DNA of 64,000 nucleotides from Podarcis filfolensis (Eukaryota): assembly GCA_964270895.1 (NCBI GenBank), contig OZ185435.1. One strand, written 5' to 3'. Under the pieces are notes generated by a model. It was not told the origin of the DNA. It saw only the letters and a program-made list of their open reading frames with translations, and did no database searches. Each line of letters opens with the position of its first letter. Within the stretch, counting starts at the first letter, position 1. The position numbers and the translations under genes were made by a program. Below, in pieces: positions 1 to 14,000 of the stretch.

Positions 1-818
1 CTAGTCTTTTTGATTCTGCAGTTCCTTGATTACCTTAATGAAAGATACTGCAGGAAGCCTGTTCCTCAGTCTAATTTAATGAAGTGGTACATTATTGGAA
101 TGATTGGACATGCACTTTGCCAAATTATATAGGAAAAGCAAATAACCAGAGCTTTCTGCCATGACTGAGATCCTTCCCAATTGCTCTCTGTTGTCTATTC
201 AGCAGCTGAAGAATTTAATTTTCTTTCCACCCCCAACTCCAGGGTAAAGCATTTGGTTTTCCCAGTTCATTGTTTTGATGGAAAATTTGCTTTCATGTAT
301 TCCTTGGATCATCTCCTTCCCTACATCCCAGGCAACTGTTAAGATTGCTCAAATGTGTGCCCTCTCTAGACACTATCCTTTGTTTGAAGTACCTTTCAGC
401 TTCTCAAATGAACTCTTTACATATGCATAACTGGTGTTTTTTCCAGGCTGTTGTAGTGCTTGATGGCGGAAAGCACTTACTTCAATGGCCCTTGATGGCT
501 GGTGACTACTTCCAGCTACAGGGATTTGGGTTATGTTTTGCTCTGTAGGGCCTGAAAAAAAACAATTTTTAAGCTTTGTATTTAGCAAGAGAAAAAGGAT
601 TTTGCCACTGGCTGTTATGGAGTAATTTTGGGCAGATGCTGTTGCTTTGGTGGACTGGTGCTGTTTTGGGAATTAGTATTCCTTGCATGTTTGCCAATTG
701 TCCTGCTGTACTTTTAAATTAGCATTTTGGTTTTTTGTGCCTCCAGTTATTCACTCCTCACAAGGAAACAGACCCCATGAAAGACTGTCCTGGAACATTC
801 TGTCGCTTGGGGGACTGA

Positions 819-960
819 NNNNNNNNNNNNNNNNNNNNNNNNNNNNNNNNNNNNNNNNNNNNNNNNNNNNNNNNNNNNNNNNNNNNNNNNNNNNNNNNNN
901 NNNNNNNNNNNNNNNNNNNNNNNNNNNNNNNNNNNNNNNNNNNNNNNNNNNNNNNNNNNN
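819..960. other. Assembly gap (N run)
   Basis: Run of N characters. Confidence 0.99.
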
Positions 961-974
961 TCATGGATGCATGT

Positions 975-1060
975 GATGGAAGTAGACTGTGGTCCACAAG
1001 AGCTTATGCCATTATAAATGTGTTAGTTTTTAAGCTGCCGCAAGACTCTTATTTTGCTGC
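975..1060 (+). mobile_element. CR1-type LINE/SINE 3' tail fragment
   Basis: gaagtagactgtggtccacaagagcttatgcc...tgttagt...taagctgccgcaagactc resembles the conserved sauropsid CR1 3' end as recalled. Confidence 0.55.
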
Positions 1061-2223
1061 CCTCAGACTAGCATAGCCACCTGTTTGGAATTTGCAAAAA
1101 AGAAAGCCTTTGTAAAAAGGATAGCATTCTCCTTCTCTAAATTGCTTTGGAGTTTGAAAGGGATTAAATAGGTAAATGTGCTGCCCATTTTTAAAACTAC
1201 AGATGTTAAAGCAGGCCATTCATCTAGTGGCCAGTGGCCAGTAAAAATCTCTTTCTGATAGGGTTGGGAAGGTTTTCTGCATTGAAAGAGAGCTAGTCTT
1301 GTTTCCAGCTGAGATCCAGCCAGAAGGTGCCCTAGTGGAGCAACCCCCCCCCCAAAAAAAGCTAATTGCTGTGGTTGAGGGCTATTTTAATTAAAATTGT
1401 AGCTGTGGAGGAAAAGGTTAAACCTTCTCTCTTTGTGTGCTGCAGTCCTAATAAAAACTTGGTGGATGGAGGGGAAGTTCCTGTTTGTGGGCTTCCAATA
1501 TAGGCATCTGATTGGTCACTGGTGGTGCTTTGGCCTGTCACTCTCTCTCCCTCTCCCAGTATTTTGAAACCAGGCACTTTTTGTATTAATGGGTTAGCAA
1601 AGTAAAGAAACCTTTGATCACTGACCCAGTTAGAACAAGTCTTAGTGGATAAACCTAAGAAATCATTATCCCAGATTTTTTTGTATTACATTGAGCATTA
1701 AGACGGATCAACCAGGATGTACCATGAAATTTAATGGAAATTTTCTAAAAGATACATCATTGCAAGTATGAAAACATATGTGGAACCACACAGATAAGTA
1801 CACAGCGGCTCCATGTCTGAGAGAAAACTGCATCAAAATGAGGGTGCTTATTCTGATATTTTCCTGAAGTGCTATGAAGAGAGAACATATATTTTTATCA
1901 CTGCTAATGGTAATGCTAAGAGGTTGTGGAAATAAATCCTAGCAGCAGCAACAAATAACCCCCCTTTTTTTTACCAGATATAATTTCTTGACCTTAAGAT
2001 ATTTTTGTGACTTCTATCAAAGGACTGATAAGGCGATTAAGGATAAAAAGGCACTTCTGTATGAGTGTGGGACTAGAATTGCTTATGCAAAACATCAGAA
2101 AATAAATCAGATACTGAGTCTTCAGAAAGTACTAGGTCAAATTATGGGATATGGCAATTCTGAAACCAATTGACCCTCTTGTGTTCTAGGTGATTGTTGT
2201 GCCAACCCACGGGAAGAAGAACC

Positions 2224-5200
2224 ATGACTTCAGTTCTCTACAGTGTCCGTGAGTATTCTCCTGAGTCTCCAGGGAACCTCTAGATTGCTACTTCCAGGTT
2301 TTGGGTGGCCTTCGGCAAGATGCCATCCACAGATCTTCCCCCAGTGACAGCCCTTGAAGCCATCAGTGGTGCTTGCTCACTTGCTCATCCTCTCCCTGTG
2401 GGAATGTTAAGGAAGGTAGGAGAGAATATATTGTTTTGATATTATCCCTCCTCACTCACGCTAGTGAGTAAACAGCAGAGCAACATTGCTTTTGCAACTT
2501 ATCAGAAGTAAGTTGATGATTCATTAGAATCCTTTAATTAAGCAATCCAGTCTGGATTGTTCCTGGTAAGTTTCCCCTTTACTTCCCTCTTAAAATAATA
2601 ATAACACAACAGAGTCTTCATTAAAAGTAAGAATAAAATTTTACTCACATTCAGTTCACAGTAGTAATCTGAAGGCAGGCTTTATCCTGTGGTTACAGTG
2701 AAAAGACGTCTGAGCTACATCTTAGACTTTCTGCTTGTGGGCTCCATCCTATGTGGGTTGAGCCATGTGCTGGCTAAGAGCCAGCAAGAGTAAGAAGGTA
2801 AGAGTGAGATGGTTGCATGACCAGCCCTTTTATCTGGTCAGCTAGGGTCACTCACGCCCTATCTACCTGGTCACACACAGGGGGGGGGGGAGCTCCAGAG
2901 CAGGTATGACAGGAAGTTCTCCCTGTCTGGAGCCACATCCCTCTGTGTGTCCATTCTAGACAAAAGGAAAATGTTGTACTTGACTGCTCTAGTAATAATA
3001 CATCCCACACAGCCTCCAGGTCCAAGGGAGAAATATAGGGGACCTGGCAGGTTGTGACTACTGCTGCTGGAAGCAAAAAGGAGATCTGAATGTAGAATCA
3101 ATATGTTTGCCCTACAGCAGCATTTCCCAACCTGGTGCCTTCTAGATCTTGTTGGACTCCATCTCCAATGGACAGGGATGATGGGAATTGTAGTCCAACA
3201 ACAACCAAAGGGAACCAGGTTGGGGTAGGCTGCTTAGAAGGATGTTATGGAATGGCTGTTTCATTCAGAGCATAATGTTTCCTCCAGAAGCTGGGTCTTT
3301 CTATCTTGAATTTGGCATCCCATCTCTATAGGGTCAGTTTCTGTTCCTTATCTGTATGCTTAAACACAAACAAATATTCCTTGTGTTCCCCATCCTGGGT
3401 GGGCAGTGGCCCTCACTCACTCTCTGATGTGAAATGCAGTCCCCTCAATCTCCTGCTCAGGCCTTCAGCTGGATGAGAACCTGGAGCAGATGCAACAGGG
3501 GACAATGATGCGCAAGGTGAAGTCCAAGAACTGGAAGAAACCCCGGTACTTCATGCTGCAGGATGACTGCATGACCGTCTGGTACAAATCCAAGATGTCT
3601 GGCAAAGCCAAGTCTGCCTGTGAGTTCCACTCCCTGCTCTGAATGGTGGTTAGCAAGTCTGGTTTCCATGTCACCTTGTCTTTGAGTTTGCACTTTCAGG
3701 CAAGCATATAGTATAATGTGGGGATCCTTTCATAAGGGTTGGAGCATGTCCAGATTGCAGAAGCCCCCACATGAAACTGTTTAATGACAGTCTGGCAACA
3801 CCAGTCATTGGAAGAGATCAGAATGCAAAAATCACACAATTCCAAGCCAAAAGACTACTTAGCTTGATTTTTAAAAAGTGCTGGGCTGCAGCAGTACAGG
3901 AGTACTGCTAGGTATTTAAGAGATTCAGGGAACAGGCCCATAACATAAATGCTAATTTAGATGCAAATTTAGATTGAATTTCAGACTGGGGTGTAAAAAC
4001 TCTGACTCTTGATGTCATGGGGTGCCAACAGGATGTTCTGGGAACAATACAATTGGATCTGACCCTCAGGCCCACCTTCAATCTCTTGGCAAGAACTGCT
4101 CGTCCTGATCCACCAGCCGAAAGAAAAGCTTGTGGGAGTGGTTGGTTGCAGGGATACCAAAGAAGGATGTCAAAAAATGCCAGAGTGATCAGTTCTAGTG
4201 CTTTATTAAAAGAAGGTGTAGACTTACAGCAAATCAGCCTGCCAGGTCTCCCAGCCTTTACAGATGCAGAATGGACACTGCAGCAAGGCGATGGCTTGTC
4301 CGCACCCAAGCAAACATGTAGACATCTTTTATGTACAAAACAACATACATCAGTTTACTCAGAAGCTCCCATCACACCTGGCCAGTGAGGCCATGGGTGG
4401 CAGCTATCCAAGGCTTCTCCCCTCTCAGGGGCTAGAGCCCAGCGTCCCAAGGTTCACATATAAGCATAGCATCGACGCAAGCCACTTAGTATACATCAAA
4501 GCAAGTGGATGTAAACACACTTGAGCTCATTCTTGCAACAACTACCAATTAGTTTAGGGTTATCACAACTACCAAGATGGTGTTTGTATGCTTTCCAGAA
4601 CATTTTACCTTTGGTTCAACATACTGCTTCTTATATACTTATTAAAACTGCAAGTAATGTCTGACATCTAATATGACTTCTCTTTCTTTCGTGTGCGTGC
4701 ACACACAAACACACACACACACACACACACACAAAAGCACACACACTTCTTCTCCATCCAGCTGTTGCCAATACTTACTTGCAAGTCCCTGTCATCATCT
4801 GATATCCAGCAACAGATCATCACAATGTGTACTACAAAGGGAAATGTTTGTGTGCATCTGCATATGTGCATGTTATGTTCTGAATGTCTTGCAAGGAGCA
4901 TTTTAGATGTGCCTATCTAAAAACTAAAAGAGCATTGGGCATGGTGTATTGAGCCTGACTTTCATATATGGTGACACTTGAAGTGGGACTGATCCTGTCA
5001 CAAAGATAAATGAGGTGATGACCTCAGGCAGCAGGTATTGGACATCAAATTGCCAGCTAATTTAATTGAAGTTTTTATGCATGTGGTGCAATTTAGATTT
5101 TCCACCTTGGTCACTAAAATATGTTTGGCTGGAAGAGAATATACTATATTTGGATTAATCTTGAGTGCCGGAAGTTGTGCATCTTCCCTCTGTTTGTTGC

Positions 5201-8018
5201 ATAATCTGTTCTAGTACTGGATGTTTTCATTCTGTCATCCACAGAGATGTTTAATTTTCTCTTGGAGATTCTGTGAACACTCACCCTGCTGCTGGAACTT
5301 CTCCAGGCTAATGGTCCACTGGGTGAAACTATCTTGCCCACAACCTCCTTTGAGATGTCTTCCGCCATCAGTTTATGCTGGATGTACATTATGTCCCAAC
5401 ATTAATTGATCCAATAAAATGCTTTTTCATCTCTTCCCCTGTGATCTGCGGAGGTCAAAACTCTGTGACAGCACAGTAGCTCAGGACAGGATAGGAAGGG
5501 CTTGTAGTTCAGTGACAGAAAAATCTGCCTTTGACACAGAAAATCCTAGGGTCAATCCCCAGCATCTCTAAATTGGACTGGGAAAAGACCCCGTCTGAAA
5601 TCCTGGTGAGCCAATATAGGCAATACAGGCCTAAATGGATCAATGAGTTGACTCAGTATAAGGCAGATTTCTATGCTCTTACGGGGTTGTTCAACTAAGG
5701 TAAAGGTAAAGGACCCCTGGACGGTTAAGCCCATTACCACATCTCATCAGTGCTAGGATTTCCACTTGTGCAACAGGACACACCCCATTGCTCCCCCAAT
5801 GTGGGTCCTGCGCCCCACAAAATAAGTTCCAGAGGGTTGGGGAAAACCCCTAGAATGTATTTAGGGAGCATGCACAGGGGGAGAAGAAGTGGAGAGGGTT
5901 CCACTGCACAAACTGAAATTCTTGTGCTGATGGCATCTTCACGTAGTGCTGCTTTGGATATAACCTCTAGTAAAGAGTTGGGTGAATAGGCAGACAGACA
6001 GATTAAATAAGCTGAATATGTGAATAGATAAATGCTAGGTAATGATGCTGCTGCTGTATCGTGCGGGGCCCAACCTAAGAAGCAAGGGTCTAATTTTGTA
6101 TCTTAAGCTCTAACCTTTCCATGAAGGCTGATGTTTCTTGGCGATTATCCCTCTCTCCCAAGTCTCAGTGAGTGATGTGGAGACTGTTCGTGAGGGACAC
6201 CAGTCAGAGGTCCTGCAAAGTCTAGCGGAGGAGTTCCCAGCCGAATGCTGCTTCACGGTTGTCTTCCATGGGCGCCGTAACAATCTAGACCTAATTGCCA
6301 GCTCAGAGGAGGAAGCTCAGTGCTGGATCCAAGGCCTGCGGCGCCTTGTGGAGATTGTCACTAACATGGACCAGAAGGAGAAGATGGATCAATATCCTTA
6401 TGTTGAATTATTGACTGTCCATTTCCATGCCTGTAAAAGCTAACCTCAAGAGCTCAACTTTGTATTTGTTCTCCTATGCTGGAGATACGACCCACGATTC
6501 ATATCAAATATGAGGTTGATATCAACTGTAGCTTGGTAGCAGAGCACAAGCTTTGCACACAGAAATACTGGGTTCAATTTCTGGTGTCTCCAGGTAGCAC
6601 TAGCAAATACTCCTGCCTTAAATCCTGGACAGCTGCTTTCAGCCCATGTAAATGATCCTGAACTAGAGTGCCAGTGGGTCTGACCCGAGATAAGGTAATT
6701 TCCTGTCTTCAATTGCTGACACTTAGATCTCTTTCTCTCCTGTCCTTCACAGCTTCAGCTGTCTCCACTATCTCTTTTGTGGTGCTTCCCTATCAATTCA
6801 TTACTTCTGCAGTCACACCGTGTCCCTCCTCCTGCAATGAACCTACCTTTCTTCACTACTACCCAGCCATATCTTGCCTGAACTGCCCATTGTTCCAGTC
6901 TGCTTTGGTTCTGGCTCTTCCTCTCTTTATAAACACTACTTGAAGTCATGCAAAACTGCAAATAACAGATTCTGAATAGAATGTATGGGGGGGGGAGGTG
7001 GTGCAAGTTGTAGTATTTTATTGATTTCTGCTGTGAACTACTGTGTGATTTTAAATGGAGAATAATACATAAATGAATTGGCCAATAAATAGGTAACATT
7101 TTGAACGAAGGGCTTAGTCTTATGAAAATTAAACAAGATGCAATTGTTAATAGTTGCCAAATTCTAGGGATTAGGCTGATGAGCAGTCCACACACACGTT
7201 TCTCAAAGCATCTTGGCTGAGCAACACTAGAGTGTTCTTTTGCGCTATGGCTAGTTTTGAAGACTTAGCTTTGCTCGGCCACTATGAGACTGTTTTCCTT
7301 GACCCATGTCTTGGGCTGCACATGGATCTGTGACTGGTTCATGAAAGCTGATAAGGACAAGGATGGACGTATGAATTTCAAGGAGGTGCAGCACTTGCTC
7401 AGGATGATGAACGTGGCTATGAATGAAGACCATGCCTTCCGGCTCTTCCAAGTAAATTTGGGTGCTTTGGTGGGGAAGATACGGTACTGGGTTGCATAGG
7501 GAAATCCCTGAGCTTGCTCTTCAAAAGACTACAGCACCTCATTTCCACCCATGATACACTCTAGTGCACATATATTCACTTCTGTTTTTCTTTGCTTACA
7601 CGCTGTGCCCCCAAACCTGGCTATTCTGTTGTCCAGTGTCATTATATCTCTCCGTCAAAGCATCATCCACCTGGCTGTGGCTCCTTGCCCATCTCTGTGT
7701 GTTGTCTGTTGTCTAGTCAAACTCAGTGATATAGTACAGAAATCACTGCAGGTCACCTGCAGAGACATCTTATGGCATCCTCAAGTATCTCTATCATGTT
7801 GATCCCAGTGGGGGCTGACAATAGACACTGGCAAGAGCAGTGGTGGATCATCCCAGATCCAGAAGCTGCCCCCCATCCTACCCACACTCTTCATTTAATC
7901 CCTGACCCTTTACTACTCCTGCCTCCATCTAGTCATTTTACGGTAGTTTAAAGCTCCTTGGGCAAGGACCACATGGCTATGATGTACTGTGCATCAGCTA
8001 GGGCACATTTAGTGCTGT

Positions 8019-8049
<31 letters not shown>

Positions 8050-11000
8050 GTGTATCTCAAGAATCCTCATGAGTAAACCTCTGATCCTGTATGCTCTGTG
8101 TAGCCAATGTGGTATCCTCCAGATGTTGCAGACTACAAACTCCCATCACCGTCCTTCAACCACTGGCCAAGCTGACAGGTTGGAGTTGTAGTCCAAGCCA
8201 TCTAGACGGCCTCACACTGGCTGGCTCTGCCTCACCCCATTGCTTTTATCGCAATGTTCTCCTTTCTGCACAAAGGACCCCCTTGGTCAGAGACCCTTCC
8301 ATTCCTTGCAGATGGCTGACAAATCAGAGACAGGTACACTGGAGGGGGAGGAGTTTGTGCTCTTCTACAAAGCACTGACTCAGCGGGACGAGGTGCTCGA
8401 GTTGTTCCAGGAGTACTCCGAGGATGGCAAAAAGCTGACACTGTTGGAGTTTGTGGACTTCTTGCAACAGGAGCAGATGGAGGGGGCTGGCATTGATGAG
8501 CTCGCCATGGAGATGATTGACAGATATGAGCCGTCTGAGACAGGTTGGCAGGGTGGGGGTGGAGGAGGGGGGAGAGCTGGCGGGCCCACAACCTGGACAA
8601 GTGCCAGCACAGGTTGGCCCTCGAATAGTGCCAAATCCTCTCTCAGAATAGGAGCTCCCAGGCATTGAGGGGGAGAGGGTATCTGTGTGTCTCTCTTGTC
8701 CCACTAGATCTCCACAAAGCACTTATCACCACCTGTATCAGTTTCATGACACCTATTGCCATAGAAACTGATGCTTTCCCCCAGCACTCCAAAGGCTCCT
8801 CTTTCACGGGCTTTGTCCAGTTCAGTGTCTTTTGTTTTTTTCAGAGGCTAATTCCTCCTCAGTATTGTTCTCCAACTGGCTCTCTCTTCCCACAGCCAAG
8901 GCTCGCCACATTCTGAGCATTGATGGGTTCCTCATGTATCTCTGCTCACCCGATGGCTCCATCTTCAACCCTGAGCACAGGACGGTCTTTCAGGATATGT
9001 CTCAGCCCCTCTGCCATTACTTTATCTCCTCCTCCCACAACACATACCTGATGGAGGACCAGCTGAGAGGACAAAGCAGCGTGGAGGGATATATCAGGTG
9101 ATCGCAATCGAAAGGCAGTTGACTCACTTCCATAACAAAGCCACTCACAAGATACCTTTCACAATTACGACCTCTGTAAGATGTGCTCTTTACACAAAGC
9201 TTGGTGACCAAACCATTTGATATAGAGCAAACTCAAATACATGTTAAGCAAACTCAAATACATGAAAAGCCTACCAGAAATCTGCATCTCAAGGCCTAGC
9301 CCCCAGATCTCCTCAGCTTTTTATAAAACATTGACTGGAATTGCTTCACACACTGGTGAACCTCATGCATAGATCTGTCAATTTCTCCCAATTCCTCTTT
9401 TTAAAGTTCAGTTCCACATCATATTTCCACATCAGTTTGCATTTGTTTGTTTTTTAAGTGTCTTCATGAAAATCTATCAGCATTTTAGTGATGATTTCTT
9501 CCAATATACATTTTGTATACAATTTTGCCTAATCTAACTTTTTGCAAAGCAACTTTCCTTACTATAATGCATCTTGGTGTGCTATTTTCATGAACATATG
9601 CGTTTTTATGCTTACTTTACCTTTTTGTACACATTACATGGTTGGAGAACTGCACTGCAAAATTCAGAGATATGTGAATTTCAAAGAAGCACTATGTTTC
9701 AGTTTGTGTATTGTTTTGAAAAGTGTGAATTATGGGCTCACAAAAAGGTACCCACATTTTCATGTTATCCACAATGTTAGAGTGAAGACGGATGTAATGT
9801 GTACAGAGTGGAGGGGCTGAGCTGGAAATGCTACTTATTATTTCCTCTGAAAAATGGTTCCGCAAGTTTCAAGTAGAATATAGTGCTGAGTGGCTTCTGT
9901 ACCCATTGCTGTAATGTTGCCAAGACCCTTCAATCCCTGGAGCAGTTTTGTAGTTTCAGAAGTCCCCATTTTGAAATAATAAGGTGATTAATAAATGGAT
10001 AAAATGCATGAAAATTAATGCAGCACTTAAAAAAACAAACACTACCCCAGCTGAACCCTGGTGAGAAGGGAAAACTAGTAGGTGACCCAGCATTTGATAT
10101 TCTTTGATTTGCTGGTGTGTGCACCTGTCATTTCAGTGATGAAGTTGGAAGGAAGCTGGGATCTCACCCTTTATCTCAGGGACCCACTCAAACCTCTCCT
10201 TTTATATTACCTCAGTCTTCACCCACTCCAGTTTAATATTCAAGCACTGAGCTTGAATGCCCCCAAAGTGGGGAAATGCCTGGTGCAACCATTGCTGGTT
10301 TCAGGCAATCACAGGCAAAGTATGACCTGAGAGCCTTTTTGCCTCAAAGGATTTGGCATTGTAAAAAGTGATTCCCCCACCCCCATGTTTCAAGCTAGCA
10401 GCAAAGGGTGCTGCTCACAAACCGAGAGGCTAGGAAGGGCTCGTGAATTGCCTTCTTTTCCTCTGCAGGGCTCTGAAGCGGGGCTGCCGGTGCCTAGAGG
10501 TGGACTGTTGGGACGGACCTAATGGGGAGCCCATTGTCTACCACGGCCATACCTTCACCTCTAAGATCCCCTTCCGGGAAGTTGTGACAACCCTCGATAA
10601 ATATGCCTTCCGGGTAGGTTGGACTTTTCTGTCACAAGGGATGGGGTCAGTAGGGTGGAATTGTGAAGGCTGCTGATTGGTTATCCAGCCAAATTCAAGG
10701 TGTTGCTTTTGATTAAATTCCCCCATCCTCCAGACAAAACATCAAAGTTGTGAGAGCCTAATTTTAGTTCCAGTTGTCCCCAAACCCCTCCCTTTTTTAG
10801 ATTTAAACAGGGCACACCATCTTTCCTTCTTGTTGTTTCAAATGTCTGTGGTTCCATAGTTTTGCCACATCCTAGCAGTGGCTTCATTTCCCTCTATCCT
10901 ACTTATCTGGTCTCCAGGAATCCTGAGTTAAAGGTGGCTCGCTATCCCTCAAACCGTTCCATTCCCCTCATTATGTCATCAGACTCCACCTTCAACCTCC

Positions 11001-14000
11001 CACACTTTAGGGCTATTACTGCATCTAACTTCTTATGTCTCCATTCTCCCAGGCTTCTAAATACCCCATTATCCTGTCTCTTGAGAACCACTGCAGCATA
11101 GAGCAGCAGGACATCATGGCCCAGCAGCTGAAGGGGATTCTGGGAGAGCAGCTCCTCACCACCACCATAGATGGACGTGTCCCAGTGCAGTTGCCTTCAC
11201 CAGAGGTGGGGACATGGTGTTGTCAATTGTCTTTCCTTAACCTGGGCTTACAGAGCTTGATTGCAATCCTAGGACTGTTATGTTAACACTCAGGTGACCC
11301 AAATTCTTTTATGTATTAGTCTGAAGTATTAAAATGATGGCCATAGGAACGGGAGGAACCAGAAGTGAGGGGTGAAGGTTAAGGCAGATGAAGGGACTGG
11401 AGGGGGTTCCAAAGTAGCTATTGTGGGAATTAAAGCATTTTTTGTCAGAACCACTAAGGGGAACTTCAAGAAGAGAATTAAAGGCAGAAAGGAGCACTGG
11501 AGGAGCAGAGGTATTGGAGAGAGAAGTATTGGGACACTTTGTTAAAATCATGGTGAAAGATTGAGTAAAATGGCATCAGGGGACCTTTAACTGAGCAGGA
11601 TGTTTGCTGTGAGAATATTTAAGAGGCTGTCATACTTGTGGAAAAAGGCAGAGTTTTACAGGACAGCCTGGCTCAGCTGGTGTTGCTAGAGGCCCTTCCC
11701 CATCGCCTGAACTCAAAGCACCACCATGTCTGCCCTGATATGACCCACCCTGTGTCCTCATGCAGGAACTGAAGGGCAAGATCATCCTGAAAGGGAAGAA
11801 GATTGGACACCTGGAAGATTATTTGAATGGGCATCTGGATGAGCCGCCTGAGCGGGAAGAGGAGGAGGAGGAGGAAGAGGGACCAGAGGCAGAGGAAGAA
11901 GTCCTGCGCAATGAAGACAAGAAGAAAGAGAAGGTACATGGAAACCCTGGTTAGTTGGCTCTTTAGAGGTAGTGGCAGCTATGTTTTGAGGATCCATCCA
12001 TAGCAGTTAAGGTACGTCCAGTCTTTATGAGCATTCATTATAATGTGTTTGTGGGGAGGTTATGCAACAATTTGCCAGCCAAGCGTTGATACATCTTCCC
12101 ATTAATCGTTTGCTCATCCCTCAATTTCAATGCATTTCCCCATCATTTCCCCAACTGCTAAAAGTCCGGGGTTTGTTTGCTTTAAAAAATTGTTGCACTA
12201 GTGTGGTAGAGCAATATGCACTTGAACCTCACCTGCCAGATACCGACAGGTGGGAGGTACCTGCCCTCAAAAGCAGGAGTGACTGATGACAATACACACA
12301 TACAGGTTAGTTTTTGATAGAATGTGAGCTACATTGATTCTACTGGGAAACCCGGAAACCCTGATGTGGAGAGAAAGCAAACTTTCTTACACTGCACTAC
12401 AGCCTCTGAATCATTTGGAGTTGGTGGCTCTTTCTCAGGAGCAAAAGGGGGCTCTTCTCCTATTGCAGGAATATGTGAAGCTGCCTTTGTATGTGAGTCA
12501 AACCACTGGTCCGTTGGGTTCTCTGACTAGCAGCTCTCTCCAAGCTCCCAGGCAGGGTTTTAAATTAGTCTTTTTAAAAATTGGAAACGCCAGGGATGCA
12601 AAGCCCATAGGCTCCCTGCTGAGGTATGACTCCTCCTAACAAAAGACAGGTAAAGTTCCCGGGGCCAAAACTCTGCCTGCCCCTCACCAGTTAAAGGCAA
12701 AAGGAGCCTCCCCCCCACAAAGCCTGATATTTTGATTCTATTTTTAGCAGGTGTGGAACTCAATCTTACTCCCGTGTCTGCAGTACACATGGTCATCATT
12801 TACAAGTTGGTCTCACGTTCTTTGCAGAAGGCCAAACAGTCCCTCTCCCAGGAGCTTTCTGACTGCATTGTCTACTGCAAGAGCGTGCCCTTTCACAGCT
12901 TCCAGCACTCCCGCAGCCACTACAAGTCTTACGAGATGTCCTCCTTTGCTGAATCCAAGGCCCGCAAGCTCATCCGAGAGGCTGGTGAGAAACTGGGGAT
13001 GGAGGCAGCCAGCAGGCAAGACATTAGGAACGTGCATTGACGGGCCCCTGACTCCTCTGACTCCTCCCCAACATACACTAAGATGTTAATGATTTGCCCC
13101 ATATTGCCAAGCAGTCAGAAAGTCAGAGGCAGCCCTCCCTGATTCAGTTTCCTTTGGGTCAGAGAACATACCAGCACAGCATAGTGGAAGCAAACAACCT
13201 CTTGTAAGCAGGCAGCAAAGCCGCTCTAATTCTGCATCAAATTCCCAGAAAGCAGTTTGTGAAGACCTACACACGCATCGGGGTGGGGTGTGCACCCTAA
13301 TTCCAACTAACCAGCTAGAAATTCCACATTCTCTGTCTACATTTTAGGTAAACTGGATGCAAACTGTTTCTCTGACACACACACACACCCCACTTAGTTG
13401 CAGATGGTCACATTCTCCAAACACTAATAACTGGAGAGCGGGTTCCCCAAATACCAGATTTCTAAACTTTTGGTGTGCTAACTACCTCCTGCAGGAAATG
13501 ACTTCATCCGCCATAATGCCTGGCAGCTGACACGCATCTTCCCCAGCGGTCTGCGGACGGACTCCTCCAATTACAACCCCCAGGCGATGTGGAATGTGGG
13601 GTGCCAGCTGGGTATGCCAGCCCCAGAAGGATTGAAGGGGTGGGTGGGTGAGGAAGTCACCCTTGTGTGTTTTTTCAGAGCTGCAGCTCCCAGAGTGGTC
13701 TAACTATCAGACCCTCTTCCCCGGGAACTCTGGGGATTGTGAGGGGAATAAAGTCTCCTAGCATCTCTTGGGACCTTGAACAGACTGCAGGATTGTGTGT
13801 GTGTGGAGGAAGCCAGGACTAAAGTGGTTTGATACTGCTTTAAGTGCAGATGGGGCTTTAGATGGCTTTTAAAAGGGAGATTAGACAAACTGCTGGGGTA
13901 TAAGACTATTGATGGCTATGAGTCATAATGTCTGACTGCTACCTGAGAATCAGCAGCAGCTTTCCTCTGATTAGCAGTCACTGGGGAACGAGAGGGAGAC

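Noticed and set aside
683-997. ORFs spanning poly-X
   Set aside because: Artefacts of the N gap.
5497-5580. tRNA-like sequence
   Set aside because: Degenerate A/B boxes run into a SINE body that recurs at 6525-6710, and there is no intact cloverleaf.
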